From Myxococcales bacterium (lineage in GTDB: Bacteria > Myxococcota_A > Polyangia > Fen-1088), in the NCBI GenBank assembly GCA_003157775.1, contig PMKP01000350.1, positions 2,741 to 66,740 of the forward strand: a DNA stretch of 64,000 nt, written 5' to 3'. Positions 18,616-28,724 of the stretch are shown in pieces. The notes beneath the pieces were generated by a model. It saw only the letters and a program-made list of their open reading frames with translations. It had not been told where the DNA came from and made no database searches. Every line of letters begins with the position of its first letter. The stretch's first letter is position 1. Made by a program: the position numbers and the translations under genes.

Positions 18616-19461
18616 GTGGCTGCAAAATGCGCGGCGCTCGCGCTCCTGCTCGTTCCCCTTTCCAGCATCGTCTTCGCTGCGCCGGCTCGCGCGCCTGACG
18701 GCGGGATGGGCCAGCGGCCGGCCTCGCCAAGGACCGTAGCTCCGCCGCGGTCTTCAACCACCGTCAAGAAGATCAGGCCGCTGCGCAACCCGCCGGTCGA
18801 TCTTTTCCAGATCAACACCAAGGAGTCATTCGTGCTGCGCTTCTCCGACGAGCGGGGCCGTGCGATTCAAGGGTGGCAGAAGCGATTCCAGCGCTTCATG
18901 CGCTGCCACCACACCAACACCCAGCACAGGATCGACCCGCGCTTGCCGCGGCTGATGTATCAGACCGGCCGGCATTTCGCCGGGCATCGTCTGGAAGTCA
19001 TTTCCGGCTACCGCAACCCTAAGGTTGCACGCAACCCGCGTAGTCCGCACAAGCAGGGATTGGCCTGCGATTTTCGTGTTGCCGGCGTGCCCAACGCAAG
19101 CCTGCGCGACTACTTGCGCCGTACTTTCGATCACGTGGGCGTCGGCTTTTACCCCAATTCGTTTTTTGTGCACCTAGACGTACGCAAGGGGCCGTCGGCC
19201 TTCTGGATCGACTACTCCGGGCCGGGTGAGGGCGCCACCTATTCGGGGAATCCGCACGACGACCTGCGCACAGGCAAGGCCGACTGGTACAGGCCAGCTC
19301 CTGGCGAGCGGGTCTCCTCGCGGGCGGAGCGGGCCGAAAGCGTGGACGACTTGATGGAAACGGCTGTGAAGGGAGGCGGATCCTCGGCCGCGCCGGGCGG
19401 CGCCGCCTCGAAGGCTGCAGCCGCAGCGCAGCGGGGAGGCCGTGCTGGCACGCCCAACTAG
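18616..19461 (+). CDS. DUF882 (YcbK-like, peptidase M15 superfamily) exported protein
   Basis: GTG start. Signal peptide VAAKCAALALLLVPLSSIVFAAPARA. Contains RLEVISGYRNP...SPHKQGLACDFRV...FVHLDV (His/Asp zinc ligands of LAS-type peptidases). Confidence 0.8.
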   Translation: MAAKCAALALLLVPLSSIVFAAPARAPDGGMGQRPASPRTVAPPRSSTTVKKIRPLRNPPVDLFQINTKESFVLRFSDERGRAIQGWQKRFQRFMRCHHTNTQHRIDPRLPRLMYQTGRHFAGHRLEVISGYRNPKVARNPRSPHKQGLACDFRVAGVPNASLRDYLRRTFDHVGVGFYPNSFFVHLDVRKGPSAFWIDYSGPGEGATYSGNPHDDLRTGKADWYRPAPGERVSSRAERAESVDDLMETAVKGGGSSAAPGGAASKAAAAAQRGGRAGTPN

Positions 19462-19595
19462 CTTCTGGGCTTTGCCGATTGTCGAAACCAGGCCGGCAGT
19501 GCTAGAAGGCTGGCAAGTACCGCCCACGACCATGTTCGCCCTTGCTCCAGGCCTTGAGAGGCAGGCACGGGTGTAAAGGCAGAGGAGAATTCCAG

Positions 19596-20540
19596 ATGAA
19601 GAAGCTCGGTATTTCCTTGGTGGCAGCGTTTTTCGTGTTGGCAGCCGCACAGCAGGGGATGGCGGCCAAAGCAGGCAAGGCCAAGCCGGCCAAGGCGGAG
19701 AAGCCCCGCGGGCCTGCTCCCGTGGCCAAGGCTGACGCCATCGGTGAGATCAGGGGTGACTACAAGTGGGCGATGACCATGCAGCAGGTCATCGACAAGA
19801 TCAACGCACGCATCGAGGCGTCGTACAAGGACAGGATAGCCAAGACGGCCGCTGACCCGAACCGGAACGACAAGCTCCGCAAGGCGATGCGCGATGAGCA
19901 AGCCGCGACCAAGAAGAACATCGTCAAGTTCGACGGTCAAAAGGGCGCATGGGACGTGTCGATCATCGACCAGGAGATTGTGCAGGGACAGGGCCTTGCG
20001 ATGCTCTTCACCAAAGAGGAAAGATCCACCCGCTATTTCTTCTTCGCCAACGACAGCCTGTTCAAGATGTTCATTGCTTTTGACAAGGAGATGCTGCAGG
20101 GCAAGAACTTCAAGGACTTCGGCGCCGCCATGCAGACGAAGTTCGGCAAGGCGCAAGAGGTCTTCGTCAACCAAAGCTATCTCGGGGTCAAGGAGAAGAA
20201 GCTGGATCACCTGCTCTGGCGCTCGAGCACGGGCGACGGGCTGAAGCTGGTGGACCGTTCGGAGTTCTATGATGTCTATTGCCTGGTTCTGTACGACAAC
20301 AGCGTCGAGCAACGCATAGCGGCTATGCGCAGGGAAGCCGAAGCTGCCAAGCCCAAGGGATCCATGATCGACAACGTGATCGGGGGCAAGGAATCCGACC
20401 GCGACGAGAACGACAACGTGATCGACCGCATCACGGGTAAAGAGGTCTACAAGCCTGGCGACCGGCGCGCCGCGCAGCAGAACATCACCGTGCCGTCCCC
20501 TGGCGCTCCCCCCGCCTCCCGCAGCGTAGAAGACAAGTAG
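19596..20540 (+). CDS. secreted lysine-rich hypothetical protein
   Basis: AGGAGAA SD 11 nt upstream of ATG. Signal peptide MKKLGISLVAAFFVLAAAQQGMAA. No recognisable domain. Locally lower GC. The 480-aa antisense ORF 19458-20900 is rejected. Confidence 0.6.
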   Translation: MKKLGISLVAAFFVLAAAQQGMAAKAGKAKPAKAEKPRGPAPVAKADAIGEIRGDYKWAMTMQQVIDKINARIEASYKDRIAKTAADPNRNDKLRKAMRDEQAATKKNIVKFDGQKGAWDVSIIDQEIVQGQGLAMLFTKEERSTRYFFFANDSLFKMFIAFDKEMLQGKNFKDFGAAMQTKFGKAQEVFVNQSYLGVKEKKLDHLLWRSSTGDGLKLVDRSEFYDVYCLVLYDNSVEQRIAAMRREAEAAKPKGSMIDNVIGGKESDRDENDNVIDRITGKEVYKPGDRRAAQQNITVPSPGAPPASRSVEDK

Positions 20541-20579
20541 TCCGGCGCCGGCAATCGGAGCCCCTGAACGCTGTGTTGC

Positions 20580-20608
20580 TTGACAGCGGGGGGGCGGCTC
20601 CGCAGAAT
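20580..20608 (+). promoter_or_regulatory. sigma70-type promoter for rpsT (TTGACA - 17 nt - CAGAAT)
   Basis: -35 TTGACA at 20580-20585, 17-nt spacer, -10 CAGAAT at 20603-20608, about 14 nt before the rpsT ATG. Confidence 0.45.
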
Positions 20609-20622
20609 GCGACCCTTTCCAA

Positions 20623-20889
20623 ATGGCCAACATCAAGTCAGCGCAGAAGAAGAACCGACAGCGTGCCCGGCGCCAGGCGCGCAATTCGGCCCAGAAGGCG
20701 GCGATGCGCACAGCAGTGAAGAACCTGCGAGCTGCGGTTGCGGCCAAGGACGCACAGCGGGCAGCCGTGCTGCTGAAGTCAGCAACCTCGCTCATCAGCC
20801 GGCTGGGCCGACGGGGCGTAATCAAGAAGCAGACCAGCTCACGGTCGGTGTCGCGACTGACGGTTGCCGTGAACGCACTGGCCAAGTAG
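20623..20889 (+). CDS. rpsT: 30S ribosomal protein S20
   Basis: MANIKSAQKKNRQRARRQARNSAQKAAMRTAVKNLRAAV... is the canonical S20 N-terminus. 88 aa. Confidence 0.9.
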   Translation: MANIKSAQKKNRQRARRQARNSAQKAAMRTAVKNLRAAVAAKDAQRAAVLLKSATSLISRLGRRGVIKKQTSSRSVSRLTVAVNALAK

Positions 20890-21058
20890 TCTGGCGGCAA
20901 CCGGGGGGCTGGGCGGCTAGCCCGTATAGACGACCGTCCTTGCGGGCCGGCGCAGGTCGTCCCGCGTGCGCGGTGGCGGTAGCGCTAGTAGCGTGAGCGA
21001 CCAGCGTCCCGCTTGCCGCCCACGAACACGCTCACGCACTCGCCCAGGCGATCCGCGG

Positions 21059-21082
21059 GCCGGCCTTTCGGCCGGCCCGACA
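21059..21082. terminator. GC-rich perfect hairpin GGGCCGGCC-TTTC-GGCCGGCCC between convergent rpsT and the ompA-like gene
   Basis: 9-bp stem, 4-nt loop, 9 nt past the stop of the minus-strand gene. No U-tract, so intrinsic-terminator function is uncertain. Confidence 0.35.
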
Positions 21083-21090
21083 AGCCCTAG

Positions 21091-22470
21091 CTACTTTCCA
21101 GTCAGGAGCTGGAACTCCGTTCGGCGGTTCTTGGCTTTGCCTGCCTTGGTCGTGTTGTCCGCGATGGGCTTTTCCATGCCGTAGCCGACCGCGGTCAGCC
21201 GCTCGGCCTTGATGCCCTTCCTGACGAAGTAGTCCTTGACCGCATCGGCGCGCTTCTGCGACAGCTCCTTGTTGTACTCGTCCTTGCCGACGTTGTCGGT
21301 GTGACCGCTGATCTCGATCCTGGTGTCTGGGTAGTCACTGAGGACCTGGACGGCATTGTCGAGCACGTCATAGGACTTCTTGGTAAGGTTGGCGGAATTG
21401 GTCTTGAAGGTGATCCCTTCGATCACCCCGGTGAACTTCTTCAGGGCGGCGGGGACCTCGTCCGGGCAGCCATCCTCATCCTGGTAGCCGTTGAAGGTTT
21501 CGGGCTCGTTCGGGCACTTGTCGATGTTGTCGGGGATGCCGTCGCCGTCGGTGTCCTTGGGCGGTGGGCAACCGTTTTTCGTGGGATCGTCACTCTTGGG
21601 ACCCGCCTCAGTCGGGCAGGCATCGTCGACGTCGAGGATGCCGTCGCCGTCAGTGTCCTTGGGCAGCGGACAGCCATTCTTATTGGGATTGTCGCTGCGC
21701 GGACCCGGCTCGGTCGGGCAGGCGTCGCTGGTGTCGGGAATGCCGTCGCCGTCAGTGTCCTTGGGGGGCGGGGCCGGCGGGAGCGGCGGGGGCGGAGGAG
21801 GAAGAGGTCGAGTTCCGCCGAATGCCAGGTAGGCAGACAGCAGGATCTCGTAATCGGGGGCGTGGAAGTGCGACTCGTTGTACGAACTGTTGTTCACAAA
21901 CGCGGCGGGTGGGAACACAATACGGCCGTCTAGGCGAAGCCCGAAATAGTCCATCAGCGGGAACTTCGAGCCCACGCCAACGTGGAACACGTCATCGGTG
22001 TCCCGAGGCACGACATTGGTGTCCTTCGGGAACGACGACAGGGCGCCCCACCCGACCAGGGCGAAGGGCCTGACATAGCCGGTGTGGATGAAGCTCCCGA
22101 TCACCTGCACGCGGTAGCCGAGAATGTTCATGCGCGTGCCACCTGCGGCATCGCTGTAACGGGTGTGGGTTGGCGAGATCATGGCTTCGCCTTCGAACCC
22201 CACCCAGCAGTTGAGGTTGTAGCCCAGGCGCAGGCCGAAGGCCCCGCCCAAGTCAGGCGAGATGCCTTCGGGATCGCCGACGTGGCGGCCGAGCCCGCTT
22301 TGTTTGTCGTAGAAATGGAGGCCACCAAAGAGTCCGATCTCGAAGGGCTGAACGAACGGCTCTTCCTCGGCGGCCAGCGCACGCCCGGACGCGACGCCGG
22401 TCAGAGCAGCCAACAACCCTGCGGTCAGGACACCCGACTTCAGCAACAACGTTCTTGCTCGACTTTTCAT
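21091..22470 (-). CDS. OmpA family outer-membrane protein with N-terminal beta-barrel, thrombospondin type-3 (DTDGDGIPD) repeats and C-terminal OmpA domain
   Basis: AAGGAAGGAAA SD. Signal peptide MKSRARTLLLKSGVLTAGLLAALTGVASGRALA. A poly-Pro hinge, three DTDGDG(I/L)PD calcium-binding repeats, and an OmpA-C domain (TRIEISGHTDNVG...NRRTEF). Confidence 0.85.
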   Translation of the reverse strand: MKSRARTLLLKSGVLTAGLLAALTGVASGRALAAEEEPFVQPFEIGLFGGLHFYDKQSGLGRHVGDPEGISPDLGGAFGLRLGYNLNCWVGFEGEAMISPTHTRYSDAAGGTRMNILGYRVQVIGSFIHTGYVRPFALVGWGALSSFPKDTNVVPRDTDDVFHVGVGSKFPLMDYFGLRLDGRIVFPPAAFVNNSSYNESHFHAPDYEILLSAYLAFGGTRPLPPPPPPLPPAPPPKDTDGDGIPDTSDACPTEPGPRSDNPNKNGCPLPKDTDGDGILDVDDACPTEAGPKSDDPTKNGCPPPKDTDGDGIPDNIDKCPNEPETFNGYQDEDGCPDEVPAALKKFTGVIEGITFKTNSANLTKKSYDVLDNAVQVLSDYPDTRIEISGHTDNVGKDEYNKELSQKRADAVKDYFVRKGIKAERLTAVGYGMEKPIADNTTKAGKAKNRRTEFQLLTGK

Positions 22471-22653
22471 GCGATTTCCTTCCTTTTCAAGAACACCGTT
22501 ATCTCTCAACCACCGCGTCCCGTGTTGCCCTCACTTCAGCAATTTCTACGACCCGGGAGCCTGGTGCGAACAGGTGGTCTTCTCTCCTCGCATCATGGGC
22601 TGGAAGGATGTCCGAATATCGATCGTGCGTCAACGATGCAATGTGCCCTGCAG

Positions 22654-23688
22654 TCAAGCGCTCCCTGCACGCCGAGAGCCTGCTTCCTCTGCCAACTGGC
22701 GGACCAGGCGGGTCAACTGCACTTCAGGATCCACGCGCGACGACTTGAATGCGCGGTCGGCCTGGTAGAGGCGTTCAAAGCTGCGGCGAAGGGCAGCCAC
22801 GGACATGCGCCGCGCGGGAACCAACACGTCGTCGAGAAAAAACGGTGGCAGCCCCACCGCGGCGGCCATTTCCGCACGGGGCACGTTGGCGGCAGACAGC
22901 TCCTTCGCACGCCAGGTTTGACGAAGTTGGCGCAGCAACATGGCCTGAATGCGCAGCGGCGGCTCGCGGTTGGCCAGCATGTTGGTGACCAGGTGCAGCG
23001 CCCGCCGGGCGTCGCCCGTGCCAATGGCCTTGGTCAGCTCAAACACGCTTCGCTCGCGCGATTCTGGCACCAACTCCTCGACCTCGGCGCGGCTGATGCG
23101 ACCAGCCTTGCCGACGTAGATTTCCAGTTGCTCCAGCGCCTGCATCAGCCGGCCCAGATCGGGGCCGGCCGCGTTGGCCAACGCCTCGGCCGCATCGCTG
23201 TCGATGCCCATGCCGCGCATCTTGGCTTCACGGGCGATGAACGGGCCCAGCTCGCGATCCTTGAGCCGCGCAAATTCGTGCAAATATCCGGCCCGCCGCA
23301 GAGCCAGAAAGGCGCGCAGGCGACCATCGATCTTTTCGGCTAGGAGCACCAAGCAGGTGCTGGGATTAGGATGGGCGGCGTATGCGGTCAGCGGTTCCAG
23401 GCCGTCGGCCTTGACCTGCTCAAGGCCGCGGACGACCACCAGACGTTGCTTGGCGAACATGGGCAGGGTGCGGGCTGCCGCCAGGACCTCAACCAGGGCG
23501 ACCTCCTTCAGGTCGAAGAGTTCGCAGTTGAGCCCCGAGCTGTCTCCAGCCGCACCAAGAATCTTGCGCCGCAGGGCCGCCACGGTGCGGTCGATGAGAA
23601 AGCGTTCTGGGCCGTGCAGGCAGTAGATGGGCGCGATGCTGTCGCGCTCGATGGCGCGCAGCAGATCGGGTTCTTCCCGCGTAGGCAC
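22654..23688 (-). CDS. holA: DNA polymerase III subunit delta
   Basis: IYCLHGPERFLID N-terminus and overall delta-subunit architecture. 344 aa. Confidence 0.75.
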   Translation of the reverse strand: MPTREEPDLLRAIERDSIAPIYCLHGPERFLIDRTVAALRRKILGAAGDSSGLNCELFDLKEVALVEVLAAARTLPMFAKQRLVVVRGLEQVKADGLEPLTAYAAHPNPSTCLVLLAEKIDGRLRAFLALRRAGYLHEFARLKDRELGPFIAREAKMRGMGIDSDAAEALANAAGPDLGRLMQALEQLEIYVGKAGRISRAEVEELVPESRERSVFELTKAIGTGDARRALHLVTNMLANREPPLRIQAMLLRQLRQTWRAKELSAANVPRAEMAAAVGLPPFFLDDVLVPARRMSVAALRRSFERLYQADRAFKSSRVDPEVQLTRLVRQLAEEAGSRRAGSA

Positions 23689-23705
23689 GCGATCGGTCTA
23701 CCACA

Positions 23706-25610
23706 CTATTTCAGGAGGCGGATGCTGTCGCCGTCGACGACATAGATGAGAGGTGGATCGACGCGGCCGTGGTCAGGGCCGAAGCGGATGTCGCCGGTCA
23801 TTCCCTCGAAGCGTCCGCTTTCCACCAGGTGCAGGACATCGGCGCGGGTGTGCCCGCCGCGCTCGACCGCCCCACGCAGGATCGATAGGCCGTCGTACCC
23901 GTAGGCGTCAGCAGCGGTCGGGTCGGTGCCATAGACTTCACGGAAGCGGGCGACAAAGTTTCCGCTACGCGCATCCTCGGCCGGATAGTAGCCAGGGCAA
24001 AGCATGGCGCCCTGGACGTAGCGCTCGGCGTTTCGGAGCAGTCGCTCGGAAAGACTCAAGGCAGTGGAGAGTAGGAGCACCTCGCGCCGGCCGGCGGTCG
24101 GCGTGCTCGCCGACGAGGGCGCAACAAGCAGGCGCGGCCGACGGGGCCAGATGTTCGCCACAGCCAGGGCCGGTGCGATGAGCTCCAAGCGAGTAGCCTC
24201 GTCGGGCACGAACAGGGCATCGAAGGCAAGCTTGCGTAGCTCATTCACTTGTGCGGAGAAAGACGTGGCGCCCGCGACATAGGTGATATGCGCGACCAGC
24301 GTGCCACCGCCGGCCGTCAGGGCATGACTGAAGGAGCCGGCCAGACGCTTGCCCGAGGCGCTGTCCGGCCCCAACACAACGAAGCGGCGGGCGCCCAGTG
24401 ACAGCGCCCGCTGCGCCAATGCGATGGCGCGCGACTCGGGCGCATGGATGAGTTGGAACGCGGTGGTGCGGGCGCCCGGCGCATGTTCGTCGAGCAACAG
24501 GAAGGGCACGCCATCGCGCGTGGCAAGTTCGATGCCGCGCGGATCAAAGGTGCCCAGAAGGCCGATGACCGAATCTTCTCGCGCCAGCGACCAGGCCGCC
24601 GCGCCTGCGGTCCCGGCGCGCTCGGCGGGAGCAGCAGCGTCGCGGACAAAAAGATGATACGAAGACGGGTCGCCCGCAGGCGTGGGCTCAGCCATGACGA
24701 GCATCGCCCCGCGCAGCACCACCTCGCCCAGGCGGGCTTGTGCTCCCGACTGGGGAACGGCCAGGCCCAGCCGCAGCGGATCACCAGTTGGCGTCCCCGC
24801 CAGGCCAGGGTCAAACCCCAAATTGCGCCGAACCAGACCGATGTCTTGCTCCAGCCGGACAGCGCTGGCTTCGTCCCCTCGCGCGCGCAACGCTGCCACG
24901 GCGTGCGCTCCGAGCATGGCGCGCACGAAAGGAGAGCGAGGACCATTCAGGGCGGAGAGAGCGGCCTCGCCGGGAATCTTCTCGGCCACCTCCTCGGCTC
25001 GTCGGCGCGCATAGGCGCGCTCAGACTCCCGCGTCCCGTCGATGCTGCGATACTGATCCCACTGCACGATGGCAGCCACCGGATCTCCGGTCTCGGCCAG
25101 CGCCTCGGCCGCAGCGGCGCGCAGAAGCAGGGGTGCATCAGCGTCGGTCAGGCCTCCGATGAGCGGCGGTCCAGATGCGATAAACGGCCGCAGCAGCGCC
25201 ACCGCCAGCACGGCGTTGCCCAGCCGGCTGGCGGCGATTCCGAGGAGGAAGTCGAAATCAGGGGTTCTTCCGCTCGGGTCGGCTTTTTCCAGCGTGGTTT
25301 TGGCGCCGGCCGCGTCGCCGGACACGATCTGAACCCGCGCCAGAAGGGCGAGAGCGGCCGGACGTCGGCGATGGTCTGGATGGTTGGCCAGAAAGGCCTC
25401 AAGTGCGCTGCGTGCCGCGGCCGAATCCGACGCGAAGGCCTTGCTGGCAGCCGCCCGAAAATCCGCGTCACCCCCGCGATCCTCGCGCGGCATGCCCGCT
25501 TCCGGGGCGCCCGCATCGGGCGAAATGGGGAAGGGGCCCTCTTGGCGGGCCCCCACCTGACCGCTGGCACAGCCAGCGAGCAAGAAGGCGAAGAGCACCC
25601 ACGAGCGCAT
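23706..25610 (-). CDS. lipoprotein with TPR-like N-terminal region and type-1 periplasmic-binding-fold domain (LppC/LpoA-like)
   Basis: Lipobox FLLAGC. Helical repeat N-terminal half. C-terminal half resembles Leu/Ile/Val-binding-protein fold (VIGLLGTF...VVLGPDSASGKRL). Confidence 0.5.
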   Translation of the reverse strand: MRSWVLFAFLLAGCASGQVGARQEGPFPISPDAGAPEAGMPREDRGGDADFRAAASKAFASDSAAARSALEAFLANHPDHRRRPAALALLARVQIVSGDAAGAKTTLEKADPSGRTPDFDFLLGIAASRLGNAVLAVALLRPFIASGPPLIGGLTDADAPLLLRAAAAEALAETGDPVAAIVQWDQYRSIDGTRESERAYARRRAEEVAEKIPGEAALSALNGPRSPFVRAMLGAHAVAALRARGDEASAVRLEQDIGLVRRNLGFDPGLAGTPTGDPLRLGLAVPQSGAQARLGEVVLRGAMLVMAEPTPAGDPSSYHLFVRDAAAPAERAGTAGAAAWSLAREDSVIGLLGTFDPRGIELATRDGVPFLLLDEHAPGARTTAFQLIHAPESRAIALAQRALSLGARRFVVLGPDSASGKRLAGSFSHALTAGGGTLVAHITYVAGATSFSAQVNELRKLAFDALFVPDEATRLELIAPALAVANIWPRRPRLLVAPSSASTPTAGRREVLLLSTALSLSERLLRNAERYVQGAMLCPGYYPAEDARSGNFVARFREVYGTDPTAADAYGYDGLSILRGAVERGGHTRADVLHLVESGRFEGMTGDIRFGPDHGRVDPPLIYVVDGDSIRLLK

Positions 25611-25652
25611 GGCTCGGTTCTACGACAGTCGGGGGCATGAGTCGACTGAACT

Positions 25653-25676
25653 GGGGCGACCTGCGGTCGCCCCTAC
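25653..25676. repeat. REP-like palindromic element copy 2 (GGGGCGACC-TGC-GGTCGCCCCTAC)
   Basis: 9-bp perfect stem with 3-nt loop, in the intergenic region upstream of the LppC-like gene. Confidence 0.7.
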
Positions 25677-25700
25677 GATCGTGCAAGTGTCACGTCTCGG

Positions 25701-25723
25701 GTAGGGGCGACCTACGGTCGCCC
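25701..25723. repeat. REP-like palindromic element copy 3 (loop variant TAC)
   Basis: GTAGGGGCGACC-TAC-GGTCGCCC, 25 nt downstream of copy 2. Confidence 0.65.
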
Positions 25724-25747
25724 GACTCATTGGATCTCCGCCCCGCG

Positions 25748-25777
25748 CCCCCGCGCGGTCAGCAAACCGCGCGGGGG
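25748..25777. repeat. 12-bp perfect GC hairpin CCCCCGCGCGGT-CAGCAA-ACCGCGCGGGGG
   Basis: Perfect inverted repeat seen directly in the sequence. A further 6-bp hairpin (GCCCGG-ATTG-GCCGGGC) follows at about 25783-25800. Confidence 0.6.
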
Positions 25778-25887
25778 CCAACAGCCCGGATTGGCCGGGC
25801 GTAGGCAGGCTCGCAGGAGCCCGCCGCGGGGAGGTGCAGAACCCTGCCGGGGTTCCACACCGAGTCTCCAGATTCTTCGGGTGCCGT

Positions 25888-26073
25888 CTAGTTCTGCCGG
25901 AGCGGACGTCTGGTCCGCGCCTTTGTCTCGTCTTCCAGTGAACCCTCGGCTGCCAGAACCGCGCGAAGCTTTCTCACCTCTTCGGGGCTCAGGCGGGCCA
26001 AGTTTGCTTCCCTTCCCTCGTTGGTTGCGTCGTTCCAGTCAACCGATCCCGGACGGATGTGCCGTAGCTGCAT
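25888..26073 (-). CDS. small hypothetical protein (61 aa)
   Basis: Strong SD GGGAGGGAG 5 nt upstream of ATG. Sequence [20 protein letters not shown]...; no domain recognised. Confidence 0.4.
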   Translation of the reverse strand: MQLRHIRPGSVDWNDATNEGREANLARLSPEEVRKLRAVLAAEGSLEDETKARTRRPLRQN

Positions 26074-26274
26074 CGTCTCCCTCCCTCATTCTCTTTCGGT
26101 GGCGCCTTTGTTCAGGTTCGCGACCTCGCATTCCCAACCTTCGTCAACCAGAAGGTATTCCCTAAACTCACGCTACAATTCTCCCAGATTTGCCTGGGGT
26201 GGAACAGAAAAAATCGTATAACGCAGCAGGACCTGCACCTGCGGACATCTGCCGCGTCCTGCCCCGCGTATGTT

Positions 26275-28017
26275 ATGAAACTCGGCGCAATGAGAATTTC
26301 AAAGACCCTGATTCCGACGCTGAAAGAGGCTCCCGCCGAGGCCGAGGTGCCGTCCCACATCTTGATGGTTCGCGGCGGCTACCTTAGGAAGCTGGCCGCC
26401 GGCATCTATTCGTTTCTGCCGCTCGGTTGGCGCGTTGTGCAGAAGATTACCCGCATCATTCGCGAGGAGATGAACCGCGCCGGGGCGCAGGAGGTGTTCC
26501 TGCCTGCGGTCATCCCGGGCGAGCTATGGCAGGAGTCCGGGCGCTGGGATCACTACGGAGACCAGCTCCTTCGCTTCAAGGATCGCAAGGGCGCGGACTT
26601 CGTCATCGGTCCCACCCACGAAGAAGTGATCGTCGATCTGGTCCGCCACGACGTGCGCAGCTATCGGCAGTTGCCGCTCAACCTGTTTCAGATTCAGACC
26701 AAGTTTCGCGACGAGCTGCGCGCGCGCGCCGGCCTGATGCGCGGGCGCGAGTTCATCATGAAGGACGCCTACTCCTTCCACACCAGCGAGGAAGATGCCC
26801 TGCGCGAGTACAAGAACATGTACGACGCCTACACGCGCATCTTCACCCGCTGCGGCCTGGCCTTTCGCGCGGTCGAGGCCGACACTGGCGCCATCGGTGG
26901 CTCGCAGTCGCACGAGTTCCAGGTGCTGACCGAGACCGGCGAAGACGCCATTTTGGCCTGTGACAAATGCGACTACGCCGCCAATGTCGAAGAGGCCAAG
27001 GCGCGCCAGGTTGCCCCGGCCGCGGCGTCGGCCCAGGCTCTCGCCGTCGAGAAGGTATCGACGCCGGGCAAGCGCACGATTGAGGAGGTCACGGCTTTCC
27101 TGGGCTGCCGGCCGCAGGATGTGGTGAAGACGCTCATCTACCTTGCCGACGGCAAGCCGGTGGCCGTGCTGGTGCGCGGGGATCGGGCTGCGAACGACGT
27201 CAAGGTGAAGCGCGTTCTTGGCTGCAGCGATTTGGTGCTGGCAGCGGACAAGGCGGTGGAGGAAGTCACCGCAGCTCCGGTCGGCTTTGCTGGTCCGGTG
27301 GGGCTGCGCATTCCGATCTACTGCGACCACGAGGTGTGCGCGTTGCCGTCCTTCGTGTGTGGCGGGAACGCAGCGGACATGCACCTGCGCAACGTCGTGT
27401 CCAAACGCGATTTTTCGCCCACCCAGTGCGGCGACTTCCGCCAGGCCGCGCTGGGCGACGCTTGCCCGCGCTGTGATGGCGGCCATTTCACCGGCTACCG
27501 CGGCATCGAGGTGGGGCAGGTGTTTTTTCTCGGCACCAAATATTCTTTGCCCATGAAGTGCAACTTCCTCGACGCCGACGGCAAAGAGAAGCCGATGGTC
27601 ATGGGCTGCTACGGAATCGGCGTGACCCGCATCGCGGCCGCGGCCATCGAGCAGAACCACGACGCCGACGGCATCATCTGGCCGGTGCCCATCGCGCCCT
27701 TCGAGGTCAGCCTGCTTTCGTTGCAAGTTGGCGATGCGCAGGTGACCGCAGTGGCCGAGCGCCTGCACGACGAATTGCAGAAGGCAGGCATAGATGTGCT
27801 GTTCGACGATCGCGACGAGCGACCGGGCGTGAAGTTCAAGGACGCGGATCTCATCGGCATGCCGTACCGGATCACCGTGGGCAAGAAGGGCGTGGCCGAG
27901 GGCGTGGTCGAGCTCAAGGCGCGGCGTTCGCCCGACGTGGTCAAGGTGAAGATCGGAGACGTCGTGCGCGTGGTCGTCGAGAAGGTCGAGCGCGAGCGGG
28001 CAGGGGGGCTGGCGTGA
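26275..28017 (+). CDS. proS: proline--tRNA ligase
   Basis: Bacterial-type ProRS with class II motifs, editing (INS) domain and anticodon-binding domain. The start may instead be the ATG at 26290 ([19 protein letters not shown]). Confidence 0.9.
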   Translation: MKLGAMRISKTLIPTLKEAPAEAEVPSHILMVRGGYLRKLAAGIYSFLPLGWRVVQKITRIIREEMNRAGAQEVFLPAVIPGELWQESGRWDHYGDQLLRFKDRKGADFVIGPTHEEVIVDLVRHDVRSYRQLPLNLFQIQTKFRDELRARAGLMRGREFIMKDAYSFHTSEEDALREYKNMYDAYTRIFTRCGLAFRAVEADTGAIGGSQSHEFQVLTETGEDAILACDKCDYAANVEEAKARQVAPAAASAQALAVEKVSTPGKRTIEEVTAFLGCRPQDVVKTLIYLADGKPVAVLVRGDRAANDVKVKRVLGCSDLVLAADKAVEEVTAAPVGFAGPVGLRIPIYCDHEVCALPSFVCGGNAADMHLRNVVSKRDFSPTQCGDFRQAALGDACPRCDGGHFTGYRGIEVGQVFFLGTKYSLPMKCNFLDADGKEKPMVMGCYGIGVTRIAAAAIEQNHDADGIIWPVPIAPFEVSLLSLQVGDAQVTAVAERLHDELQKAGIDVLFDDRDERPGVKFKDADLIGMPYRITVGKKGVAEGVVELKARRSPDVVKVKIGDVVRVVVEKVERERAGGLA

Positions 28018-28724
28018 GCGCAGGTGCGATTCCCGCGCGTGAGCGCGTGATCGTCGCGCTGGACGTGCCTGATCTGAAAGCAGCCGGGGATTTCCTCGAC
28101 CGGCTCGAAGGCCAGCCTGTTTTCTATAAGGTGGGATTGGAACTCTTCGTAGCCGAGGGCGTGCGGGCCATCGAGGCGGTGCGCAGCCGCGGGGGCAAGG
28201 TTTTTCTTGATCTCAAGCTGCACGACATTCCCGAAACCGTGGCGCGTGCTGTGTCCTCGGCCATGGCCCTGGGCGCCGAGTTGCTCACCCTGCACACTGC
28301 GGGCGGCCTGGCCATGATGAAGCGCGCGGCACAGGCGGCGCAGGGACGGTCCAAGCTACTGGGCGTGACGGTGCTCACCAGCCTGGCCGAAGACGATCTG
28401 CGCGCTGACGGCATCGCAGGCAGCATGCGTGAGGCAGTGGTGCGGCGGGCGAAGCTGGCCAACCAAGCCGGGATCGCTGGCGTGGTGTGCTCGCCGCAAG
28501 AGGTGGCCGACGTGCGCCAGGCGTGTCCGTCGCTGTTGCTGGTAGTGCCCGGAGTGCGGCCTGCTGGCGCTGATGTCGGCGACCAGAAGCGCGTGGCCAC
28601 TCCGGCATCGGCGATCGCGGCTGGCGCAGACTACCTGGTCGTGGGCCGGCCCATTCGCGATGCCGCGAAACCGGCAGCCGCGTTTGCAGCGTTGGTAGCC
28701 GAAGTTGCGGTGGCCGGAAAGTAG
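28014..28724 (+). CDS. pyrF: orotidine 5'-phosphate decarboxylase
   Basis: GTG start overlapping the proS stop. Contains [29 protein letters not shown] and the C-terminal DYLVVGRPI motif. Confidence 0.85.
   Translation: MSAGAIPARERVIVALDVPDLKAAGDFLDRLEGQPVFYKVGLELFVAEGVRAIEAVRSRGGKVFLDLKLHDIPETVARAVSSAMALGAELLTLHTAGGLAMMKRAAQAAQGRSKLLGVTVLTSLAEDDLRADGIAGSMREAVVRRAKLANQAGIAGVVCSPQEVADVRQACPSLLLVVPGVRPAGADVGDQKRVATPASAIAAGADYLVVGRPIRDAAKPAAAFAALVAEVAVAGK

Noticed and set aside
19458-20900. 480-aa minus-strand ORF spanning the secreted K-rich gene and rpsT
   Set aside because: It is antisense to a clear S20 gene (MANIKSAQKK...) and to a signal-peptide ORF with an SD. Long antisense ORFs are expected in 70% GC DNA, and it has no domain signal.
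27558-28013. N-terminal extension of the pyrF frame back to 27558
   Set aside because: It lies inside proS coding sequence in another frame. pyrF homology begins at the GTG at 28014, which overlaps the proS stop.
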